Source of the DNA: Carcharhinus longimanus
Lineage: Eukaryota
Direction of reading: 5' to 3'
NCBI GenBank assembly: GCA_030264375.1
Contig: JASCQW010000099.1
Span: 19,135,152 to 19,199,151, forward strand
Length of the DNA stretch: 64,000 bases
Part shown: positions 35,130 to 45,519 of the stretch, piece after piece
How positions within the stretch are numbered: position 1 is the first letter of the stretch
Layout: each line of letters opens with the position of its first letter
Notes under the pieces: generated by a model
Seen by the model: the letters and a program-made list of their open reading frames with translations, nothing else
Told to the model about the DNA's origin: nothing
Database searches by the model: none
Program-made: the position numbers and the translations under genes

Positions 35130-35990
35130 CAACCTTTAGCTATTTCTGGTCTCTTTGTTCCCCTATCTCCATCTGGACATCCAATTAATAAGTAAACTCC
35201 CGACCAAAATGTTCTGCCTCACGTTTATCTCTGTTGAATATCATTTGCCAATTATTTGCCCATTTTGCAAGTTTATTAATGTCCTCCTGTAATTTGTTGC
35301 AATCCTCAGTATTTTACGAACATCCCAACCTAACTTGATGTCACTGCAATTTTAAAAATTGTGCTTCTCATTCCAAAGTCCAATTATTCTTGTAATTGTG
35401 AATAGCAGTGTTCCCAGCACTGATCCTTACACACCACTTCCCATCTTCTGCCACATTGAATAATGAACTACCCTTTACTTCCACTCTCTGCTTTCTACCT
35501 TGATAGTTAGCAATCCACTCTGCCACTTGCCCCCTGTCTCTACATTCTCTAGCCTTATCCATTAGTCCATTCTGAGACACCTTATCAAAGATCCTTTAAA
35601 AATCTAGGTGAAACATACCTACTGTGTTAATACAGTGTACTCTCTCTGAAACCGCCTCAAAAACTAATGAATTTATTATAAGCAAGGTTTGCATTTTTGA
35701 AATCCATGCTGACAATCTGTGATATTTCTCATTTCTAGGCGTTCTTCTATTCTCTCCTTTAGTAAGGATTCTATTTTTTTCTCCTGTTGATGTTAAGCTG
35801 AATGGTTTATAATTCCTTGAACATATCCTGTCCTCCTCCTTAACTATAGGAATTGCATTAGCTAACCACCAGTCCTCTTGCGCTACACATTTTTCTAATG
35901 TATTATTAAATGAGTGGCAATCTCTTTCCTAGATTATTTTAAAACATGTGGATGTTTTATCCAGGGGTTTTATCCTCTCTGAGTTTTATT
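35130..35990 (-). mobile_element. Old CR1 LINE RT fragment
   Basis: Frameshifted RT motifs (LDF..FDKVS, RKQRVEVKGS). Confidence 0.7.
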
Positions 35991-36069
35991 AGTTAATTCA
36001 GTTCATTTTTATTTTAAATAACTTAGCTCATTGAATGGTGAGCAGAGCAATGTAAAAATTGATGCAAAA

Positions 36070-36790
36070 TCATTTTTTTTACAAAAGTATACTTAATTCA
36101 TAAAATATCTAAAAGAGACATTTCAAATTGTCATAACAAGAAAGTGCAATGATATTTACATTTTCTACAAGGATCAAAATGCACTCTGTGGTGCTTCAGT
36201 ACAGTAATGAGAACATTACAAAATTTTAATAATTTTGTTCGAGGAAGTAGCAATGTTCAAGTTATATATGTAGGTCAGTTTGTGCTGAGGTGCTTCAACA
36301 CATTTGCATTTACTATATACAATCAAGAAGAAGTTTACAGTCCAAGAGGTTTTACCCAGTTAGTAGCCTCTAGATGTACATTATTGGAAAGGCCTTACAC
36401 AGTGGCCTATCCTTGGCAGCAGCTGCCCACGGTTGAGTGCGTCCTCAGCATGTAGGCCTGAACCTTGGAACATGCCAGTCTCAACACTCGGTTGAGGGCA
36501 ATTCTTTGTATTGGAAGATCAACAAGTTTTGGGCGGACCAAAAAGTGTCTTTCACTAAATTGATGATCCTCCAGCAGCAATTGATGTTTGTCTTGGAGTG
36601 CATCCCTGGAAACATGTGGAGAACAGAGTATTACGTCATGGAGCTGCTCGGGATGAACTGTGACAAAACCCAACTCATCTCTCTCTCGAGCTTCTTTGCA
36701 AAGGCACATTCCAATAGGAGGTGTCTGACCATCTCATTCCCTCCTGCAGCTCCTTCAGGATCAGTGTACAGCGGAGCAAAGACTTCAAGT
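36070..36790 (-). mobile_element. Tx1/L1-like LINE 3' end
   Basis: FPGMHSKTNINCCWRII... and RLACSKVQAYMLR, followed by a 3'UTR and an A-rich end. Confidence 0.7.
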
Positions 36791-36964
36791 GAGCATTAAG
36801 GATCTAACAGGGAGTTGCTGCCACTATTCATCTGAGGTGAAGGGATTAAATGTTTGTGGAAGGGGTAGTAATCAAGCAGGCTGCTTTGTCCTAGATGGTA
36901 TTGAGCTTTTTGAGTGTTGTTGAAGCTACACTCATCCAAGCAAGTGGAGAATATGCCATCACAC

Positions 36965-37285
36965 AGTGACACAGTGGTTAGCACTACTACCTCACAGTGC
37001 CAGGGATCCGGGTTTAATTCCAACTTTGGGTGACTGTGTGGAATTTGCACATTCTCTCCCTGTTTGCTTGGGTGCGCCAGTTTCCTCCCACAATCCAAAG
37101 GTATACAGGGAAGGTGGATTGGCCACACTAACTTGTCCCTGTGTGGCCCAGGATGTATAAATTAGGGGGTTAGTGGCGTAAAAACGTGGGGCAATGATGA
37201 TAGGGCCTGGGTGGAATGCAGTGTTGGTGCAAACTCAATGGGCTGAATAGTCTCTTTCTACACTGTCAGGAATCTATGATTCTAT
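36965..37285 (+). mobile_element. HE1-like SINE type B nested in a LINE
   Basis: Head ACAGTGGTTAGCACTACT... and tail GGAATCTATGATTCTA. Confidence 0.85.
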
Positions 37286-37289
37286 AACT

Positions 37290-39070
37290 CCTGGTGTTCC
37301 TTGTAGATGGTGGACAGACTTTGGGCAGTCAGGAGGTGAGTTATCCGCTGCTTGATCCCTGACCTCTATCCTGTTGTTATAGTCACAGTATTTATAAGGT
37401 TAGTCCAGTTCAGTTTTGGATCAATGGTAACCCCCAAGTATGTTGATAGTAGGGATTCAATGATGGCAATGCCATTGACTGTCAAGGGGAAATGGTTAGA
37501 TTCTCTAGTGTTGGAGATGGTCAATGCCTGGCACTTGTGGGGCATGAATATTATTTGTTACCTGTCAGTCCAAGCCTGAATATTTCTTGGGTCTTGCTGC
37601 ATTTGGACATGGACTGCTTCAGTATCTAAGGAGTCATGAATGGTGCTGAATATTGCACAATCAGGGTACACTCCCACTTCTGACCTTCTGATGGAAGATC
37701 AAACAGCTGAATATGGTTGGTCCTAGGACACTACCCTGAGAAACTCCTGCAGCGATGTATTGGAGCTGAGATGGTTGATCTCCAACGCCACAGCCATCTT
37801 CTGTTGTGCTCTAATCAATTGAGGTTTTCTCCCTGATCCCATTGGCTCTAATTTTGCTAGGGCTCCTTGATACCATATTTGATCAAATGTTTCCTTGACA
37901 TCAAGGGCAGTCACTCTCACTTACCTCCTGAGTTCAACTCTTTATCTGTGATTGAACCAAGGCCGTAATGAATCATAGAATCACGACAGTGCAGAGGGAG
38001 ACCATTTNNNNNNNNNNTGGCTCATTGGGCCTGCACCGATAACAATCCCACCCAGACCCTATACTTGCAACCCACATATTTACCCCACTAATCCCCTTAA
38101 TCTTGGACCACTAAAGGGCAATTTAGCATGGCCAATCAGACTGCAGAGGAAACCAGAGCTCCCATGCAGACACAGGGAGAACATACAAACTCCACACAGA
38201 CAGTCACCCGAGGCCGGCATCAAATCTGGGTCCCTGGAGATGTGAGGTAGCAGTGCTAACCATTGTGCTACCATGCCGTCTGGTGAGATTAAGAACTAGA
38301 TCTGTTTGAAGTCTTTCCCATTCAGTATGGTGTAGTGCCTCACAACTCAATGTGAAGATGGGGCTTTGTTTTAACAAGGACTGTAATGTTACTCTATCCA
38401 ACTCATGATCAGTTGCATCTGTGGTAGGTAGGTTGGTGAGGATGAGGTCAAGTATATTTTCCTACTTATCAGTTCCTTTACCATCTGCCACAGTTCCAGT
38501 TTAGCAGCTATATCCTTTAGGACTAACCAGCTTGGTTTGCAGAAGTACTTCTGAGTTATTTGTGCTAATGGACATTGAATTCCCCCACCCACAGTACATT
38601 CTGCGTCATTGCCACCCTCATTGCTTTCTCCAAATGTCGTTGACATGGAAGAGTACTGATTCATCAGGTTACAAAAGCGAGTACAGGGTAATCAGCAGAT
38701 ATTCTTGCCCATGTTTGATCTAGTACCATGAAACTTCATGGGGTCTGGCATCAATATTGAGGGCATCTGAGGTGACTCCCTCTCCACTGTATACCACTGT
38801 GCCGTCACCGCTGCAGGGTCAGTCTTGCCGGTGGGACAGGACATACCCAGGGATGGTGATGGTAATGTCTGGCACATTACCTATAAGTTATGATTCAGTG
38901 CATATGACTATGTTAGGCTGTTGCTTGACTAGTCTGTGCGAAAGTTCTCTTAATTTTTGCACAAGTCTCCAGAGTCAACTGGGCTGAGTCTGTTGTTGTT
39001 TCCAGCGCCTAATTTGCTGTTGGTGCTCCGTCTGGTTTCATTCCTCTTTGCTTTCTTTGTAGTGATTGGA
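37290..39070 (-). mobile_element. Fragmented CR1-clade LINE (same family as 63365-64000), with a SINE at 37971-38278
   Basis: RVTALDVKETFDQIWYQGALAKL (RT domain) on -. Confidence 0.75.
37971..38278 (-). mobile_element. HE1-like SINE type B
   Basis: Reverse-complement copy. Confidence 0.85.
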
Positions 39071-40188
39071 TACAACAGCATGAATATAGGCAGCAACAAT
39101 CAACAGATGACACATGCTGCCATCTTCTAGTCATAGTTTTTGAATTGTGGCAGACATAGACATTTCTCAGACATGGAAGATCCCAAAGCAGAAAAATTAA
39201 ACACTCATCTTACATTGTCAGCCATCACATGTGCCAAATTTTAAAAATAAAGCAGGGCTGTTTTGGAGAAGAATGTGGAAGCAGTTTTTCCTCACAAATG
39301 CTGTGGTGGTTCAACAGCACGATTGATTGCTATTGTTACCCAACAAAAATCTAAGAATTTGGATCAGAGGCAAGTAAATGAAGTTTAAGTACAGACCTTT
39401 CAAGGTTTAACTGCATGAGCCGCAGTTCTGTGTCCATTTGATCCCATGAAACATGTTGGGGCATTCTTCTGTATTAAGGGTACAATATAAATGCAAATTG
39501 TTACTGTTGTTGGCATGAGGAAGTGGAGGGTACATTTTTTTTATGAACTATTTGGACGGTAGCAACCTAGATAGGTTACATGATTAATTTACTTAGCTGG
39601 ATGTCTTGAAAAGCAAATTCACAAACAGAGACCTAAATATTGCACAATGGAATCTCAGCTCAGTGCAAGTGATTATTATTATTAGCCCATTGTGATGCTG
39701 TCTTGTGCACCTGATAGATGGATGGAAATTGATCATGATCATTAAACAACTTTGCATGGAATATGCATCCCAACCTAGAGTTTGAGGTCAGTGAGAAATT
39801 GAGCTTTGGACCTTATGCCAAAAATTTAAGTGCACTGTTCGTGATTCCTCAGGGAGAACGCACCTAGTTAAAACCACAAGAGGCCCTTAGGTTACTTCTG
39901 GAGACTGGGAAGAAAACAATGGAAAGGGAACCAATCACAATTAGCAACAATTCTTGGAGTGTAGTGGAACTGGGAGGAGCATTTCTGGGATACTTCCTTG
40001 TGTACCTGTGAAAAAGATTCTGATTTCTGCACAGTACTCAACCAGAAGCAGCATTTAGAAAACTGTGAACACAAATTTACATGTTGCTACCCAGTGGCAG
40101 TGCATAGCATAGCTCAACATGCTGTTAGCAGGGGTGAAATGTTTCATGACATGGCTACAGTAACAAAAGCTTATACTTTTTATTTCAG

Positions 40189-40337
40189 AGTAACTCTGTC
40201 ATGGCTGTAAAATTCAAACAGGCAAGTAAATTCTGTAGGAAGGAAGAGAGCAAGCAGACAGCTTTGGCTGAACAAAACAGAAAACAAGAACAAAAAGGAG
40301 GCTTCAGAAACTCCTTCCGCAAGTTATTCAGGAAAAA
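40189..40337 (+). CDS. ARHGEF33: ARHGEF33 penultimate coding exon
   Basis: tttttatttcag| ... AA|gtaagg; phase 0 to 2, 149 bp. SNSVMAVKFKQASKFCRKEESKQTALAEQNRKQEQKGGFRNSFRKLFRK(K) vs recalled human TTRFCPKEERESEQTSFSDQNPRQDQKGGFRSSFRKLFKKK. Confidence 0.9.
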
Positions 40338-40693
40338 GTAAGGAAATTATAAACTGACAATCTGAAACCTAAGGGAAAATATATTGAGTATTATGGTAAC
40401 AATTAATTGTACTCAGTATCTCCCCATTTAACAACATGTACACATATATCACAATTTTATTATTGGGCATCGAGGCAGGCTCAGTGATAGAATTCCCTAC
40501 TTGGAGTTAGAGATGAAGTATTCGAACCCTGTTCCAAACAGTCCCAGTGAATGAAGACAAGCTCTGGTTTGAATTCTAGGTTGACATTCAGCAGAATACT
40601 TTCATTGATGTTTCTGTTTTCAGTGTAAGTGCTCCCCTTCCCCCATCTCCCCTTTTCCTTCCCTTCACACACAAATACACTTGCTTCTACCAG

Positions 40694-40823
40694 TCCGCAC
40701 AAAGAAAAGAGTAACATGAATAAAAATGGAAAAACTCCAGGGGAACCAGAAAACAAGCTACAGTACAAGAGTAAGGCATCACAAGGGACAAAACGGGTTG
40801 GAGGCGAACCAAACAAAAAGTGA
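40694..40823 (+). CDS. Possible alternative terminal exon of ARHGEF33
   Basis: Pyrimidine-rich acceptor ttgcttctaccag|T, phase 2 compatible; open to TGA: (N)PHKEKSNMNKNGKTPGEPENKLQYKSKASQGTKRVGGEPNKK*. No homology recognised. Confidence 0.3.
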
Positions 40824-41107
40824 CAGAGCAAGAAAAGGGGACATGTCCTCTCTCTGTCTGACCCTAAACTCCCTATGAACTGATACAAATATGGTTGTGG
40901 CTATAGGAGTGATCACTCTTCTTGTCCAAAAATCCTTCTCATTGTGACTTATGACATTGCAATGGCATAATCTGAATGAATCCCAACTTTTCTGATAAAT
41001 TGTGATCAATTATTGAAATAATGGTTACATAATCACATATCTACTTATTATTTTGACCAAATATATAATAAATTATTCAGATTGCTAGATACTTAGCAAT
41101 GTAGAAG

Positions 41108-41418
41108 CGGCAGCACGGTAGCACAGTGATTAGCACTGCTGCTTCACAGCACCAGGGACCTGGGTTTGATTCCTGGCTTGAGTCATTGTCTGTGTGGAGG
41201 TTCCACATTCTCCCTGTGTCTGTGCAGGTTTCCTCCAGGTGCTCCGCTTTCCTCTCACATTTTGAAAGATGTGCTGGTTAGGTGCATTGACCCAAACAGG
41301 TGCTGGACCTCAACTCGTTGTCTCACACCTTTGTGTTGCCAACCTCTACTGCTTCATGGGCTAAGTGACACTGTGCAGTGTTAATGTAAGCCTTACTTGT
41401 GACTAATAAATAAACTTT
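41108..41418 (+). mobile_element. HE1-like SINE type A with a replaced internal segment (~41308-41372)
   Basis: Head, body and tail recognisable; unrelated sequence replaces part of the tail. Confidence 0.85.
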
Positions 41419-41454
41419 ATGTCCTTTGCCTATTCCTACACTTTTGTTTTTAAT

Positions 41455-41616
41455 CCCAAAAGATAAAACGCTAGAAAATCTCAGCAGGTCTGGCAGTATC
41501 TCTAAGGAGAGCAAAGAACTGGTGTTTCAAGTCCAGATGACCTTTTGTCAAAGCATAATATCTCCCTCTTTCTATGCCTTTTAGCTTTGACAAGGGGTCA
41601 TCTCTGGTCAGCTCTT
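41455..41616. mobile_element. Head-to-head Penelope-like termini (third family), running into a gap
   Basis: - arm GCTTTGACAAAAGGTCATCTGGACTTGAAACACCAG...GATACTGCCAGACCTGCTGAGATTTTCTAGCG; + arm GCTTTGACAAGGGGTCATCT. Confidence 0.6.
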
Positions 41617-41769
41617 NNNNNNNNNNNNNNNNNNNNNNNNNNNNNNNNNNNNNNNNNNNNNNNNNNNNNNNNNNNNNNNNNNNNNNNNAATTTGCTTTTA
41701 TCTTTGCTTTTAATATTTAGAGATGCATAAGAAAATTATGGCTTCCTAACACTGGTGTATCTCTTCTAG

Positions 41770-41911
41770 GTCAAATCAAAATTCCTGCAGTTTGGAGAAC
41801 AAGCAGAAATCTGACAGTAATCTCACACAGGATGCTGCAAGGATAGAAATCCAAGAATTCAAGGAGAGGATTGCTCATGTTAGCACTATCGATCGTGGTA
41901 CTGCTGTTTAA
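41770..41911 (+). CDS. ARHGEF33: ARHGEF33 probable last coding exon
   Basis: ctcttctag|G, phase 2 matching the 40337 donor. SNQNSCSLENKQKSDSNLTQDAARIEIQEFKERIAHVSTIDRGTAV*, ending in a class I PDZ-binding-type T-A-V. Confidence 0.7.
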
Positions 41912-42109
41912 TCTTTCATTTTTGTAAAATTCTGAAGCAAATATCATAAATTTGAACTGACTATTCTTATGCTCAAGTTTTGTGGAAAATAATCTTGATC
42001 TAATTCACGTGGATTGGTGAGAATCACACATTAGATTGACAAGTTTCAAACATTAAATGACAATGTTCCCCATCTGGATACAACTTTGCATATACATTTA
42101 AAAGAAAAA

Positions 42110-42385
42110 CAAAACTTGGATTTATATTACATCTTTCATGTTAAAATTTCCCAATTACAGCTTTACTGCTAATTAAGAGTTCTTGTGGCAGTCACTGTTG
42201 TAATGTAGGCAACACACAGGCAATTTGTACATAGCAAGCCCCCAAGTACAGCGTGTTAAAGTGACCAGATAATCTGTTGGTGATGCTTGTTGAGGGAGAA
42301 ATATTGGCCAGGACACCAGGGAGAACACTCTTTCTCTTCTTTGAGTAGTATCATGGGTATTTTCATCTCAACCTATGCACATATG
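42110..42385 (-). mobile_element. Deu-domain (SacSINE1-like) SINE
   Basis: - strand TTCTCCCTGGTGTCCTGGCCAATATTTCTCCCTCAAC...CAGATTATCTGGTCAC...CCTACATTACAACAGTGACTGCC. Confidence 0.7.
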
Positions 42386-42987
42386 AAAAATATTTCATTT
42401 GTCCATATTTTTTCTTTGCTCTCAAGACACCTGAGGAGCTTAGATTTTCTACCATTTCTGCAGGGTGGGATTGTTTGTGGGTTTCTCCACAACCATTGTA
42501 AATAGCACCCTGTGATTAGGTGGTAAGACCCAAATCATTCATGGTTTATTTCAGAAAAAGATGAAGAGCATTAAGTTCTATGCAGTCCTCCACCTACTAG
42601 CCTAACTAATAGCTGTCATAACTTATTTGGCTGATGGATAATTCAAGAAGCAGACAAATCTGGGATTGGAATTCATGATGTTATGTACAGCAAAGTTTTA
42701 CTATTTATGCTATCAGTCGAATTCTGGTTGATGTATCAGAACTGCATCTAAAATTTCAGCTTGTTGCTCCAAAATTATGATGAAAGGAGGAGTTGTACTG
42801 AAGAAAAAAGTTAGGGCATTTAAGATGATACATGAGCTACTAAAATGAAAGAGTTGCTAAATCTTATTGCCAAATATGAACTGCTGCTTTTAGAATATTT
42901 CAGTGAAATGTCCATGTAAATATTATGAATAACCATATAAACTTTGGAAGAATACTTCAAAATATTTACATTTTTACAGTATTCAAG

Positions 42988-43105
42988 TTAGGTGCATTGA
43001 CCCAAACAGGTGCTGGAGTGTGGCGACTCGGAGAATTTCACAGCAACTTCATTGCAGTGTTAACATAAACCTTGCTTGTGACCAATAAATAAACTTTAAA
43101 CTTTA
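42988..43105 (+). mobile_element. HE1-like SINE type A 3' fragment
   Basis: GTTAGGTGCATTGACCCAAACAGGTGCTGGAGTGTGGCGACT...AATAAATAAACTTTAAA. Confidence 0.85.
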
Positions 43106-44449
43106 AAACATACCACACATTGCTTTAAGGATATTGGGCAGTGAGTATTCACCAAGCAAAATTAATTAGGAATGAAGTGGATAAGAAATAATTGCTAAAA
43201 ATAAGTCTCAAGATATTTGAAAGCAGTGAAGGTGGTGGCAAACCAGAGATTCTGAGGAAGACAGTTCCAGAGGGTAAGGGGAAGTGGGGAATGAGAGGTA
43301 AACTAATAGTGGAAAACTAGAGGCAATGACAAAGAACAAAAAGGCATTAATTCTATTAATAGCTCACTTTATGTGTTTGACAGTATAGCATGGAATACAA
43401 GTGTCAGCTTGCACTTAATCAATTGTAATACTGCTTTCCCCTGTAGATTAATGTAATTATCTTGAGTTATAATACATTATGAATACATTAATAAAGGAAT
43501 GAGAGACAGGGATCCAAGATGGATGAAGTGATATTAGCATCACAATGAAAATAGTTTTTGTGAGAGTGTCAGAGGAAAAAAGAAAGGTAAAGGTAAATAC
43601 ACTAACCAAGAGTTAGCACAGCAGTTTAAAGTGGAAAGTTAGCCTGGAGGGGAGGGAGTTATTTTCTGTTCAAAATACTCTTTTGTCTAATCTAATAATA
43701 ATATTTTGCCATTTTCAATATTTCCTTACATTTTGAGTTTTGGTGGAGGCGTGCCATCGCAGTCTTCACTTTCCAGTTAGGAAGCATCAGAAGTTCCAGT
43801 CAATTTAACAAGAGACACAGTTTTAACATGATCAATGACCAGGGCACCCACCTAATGTGACAATACTGTGCCTTTAAAAAATATATTTTAAAATTGTTTC
43901 TTGTGCAGGTCTGTTTTTAGCAGTTTTTTTCTGCAACCTGCAGCCTCTATTGTTACTGCAGCAGAATAATTTCTCCTAATTGCTAGAATGTTTGTTTTAA
44001 TCTGGATTAATGCTGTCCTGCTGTTTGTAATGTTCCCTTGGGGCTTTGCCAAGTAGGACTTGATTGGGTTGACTGACAATATCAGTATGACATAAAATAT
44101 CTTGGAGTTTCTGATCTGGTCCCTAACATCAGGAAGAAAAAATGTTTTATGAAAGTAGGCCCAAAATTCAGAAAAAAAAGCAGAAAAAGTTTAGATGTTA
44201 GTTTGAGAGAGATTGAGATGGGGTGACTGCAAATGTAGAAGTGGTTGGGGAAAGAAGTGAAGAAGATTGTAGATCCTCATTGCAGTTGTGAAGGACTTGT
44301 AAAAAGTTTTATTTGGAGATCACCTGAAAATTGATGACAGTTCCTACAATGAGTTCAGATGAATGCCAGGAAGTTCCAAAACTCAATTTTACAACCCGAA
44401 TTGTGAAACAGCTTTTTATACTGCTGTTAGACTGTGACAGAAGCCACAG

Positions 44450-44990
44450 GGTGATAGGCCACAGCTAGGCTATAGTGTGCTGTTCTGGAATTCACATTAA
44501 AGAAGGATGAAAGAGCACTGGAAAGTGTGAAGAGATTTAAAGGAGGTTATCTGGGCTGAAGAGTTTTAGTTAAGAGAGATTGAATAGATGGGGGTTGTTT
44601 TCCTTGGAGCAGAGGAGACTGAGAAGGGACATGATAGAGATGCATAAAATTATGAGGGGCATAGATAAAGCAGACAAGAAGCATTTTTTCCTCTTGGTGG
44701 CGTGATCAATGGCTAGGGCTATAAATTTAAGATAAGGGCAGGAGGGTTAGAGAAGATGTGAGGAAAAAGATTTTCACCCAGTGGGAGTCTGGAACTCACT
44801 GCCTGAAAAGGTGGCAAAGGCAGAGACCTTCATAATATTTAAAAAGTATTTAGATGTGCACTTATGATGCCAAGGCATACAAGGCTATGGGCCTGGGAAA
44901 TGCAATCAGAATAGTTTAATGATTTGTCTTTGACTGGCACTAACTTGAGGGCCAAAGGGTCTTTTTCTGTGCTATGCTTTTTCTGAGTTA
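44450..44990 (+). mobile_element. CR1 LINE 3' fragment
   Basis: GLFSLEQRRLRRDMIEMHKIMRGIDK; WNSLPEKVAKAE. Confidence 0.85.
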
Positions 44991-45519
44991 TCTTTATGAT
45001 TTGAAATTTAACAGACCCAAAACTGTAAAATTACATGTAGAGATGAATGCTGCCATTTTAGTGAATGTTTTCCTAAACTATAGTCAAATTGTCAGGAAAA
45101 TCTTATCATCTCACTTGTATTTAAATATATTTTACAATGCTTTCATTAAATGAAACTCTGGGCTAAGATATCTAAACTCATTAAAGGAAGCAAATGTATT
45201 TTAAAAATTTGCATTGTGATCCTTTTCCATGTTTTTGTACAATATGGCCTAGAACCTCATTTGCATTTCTTTGGCTTGTGGCAGGCAGGTTATGTCTTGC
45301 ATCAAAATAGTGAGATATGATTTGCCCTCAATATTGAGCTCCAAGTAAAGAAATTGTAGCCTTAGGTGGTTGGAGATTGTAGGTTTCAAACAGGGCAAGG
45401 AAAGAGACTGGAGCTTACTGTAGGGTGGGGTCATTTGAAAAAAAAATATATCAAGTCAATAATCTCCAGGGTAGAAAAGGGGAGTACTTGGAAGGCAGTT
45501 AAAAAAAATACTGAGCAGT

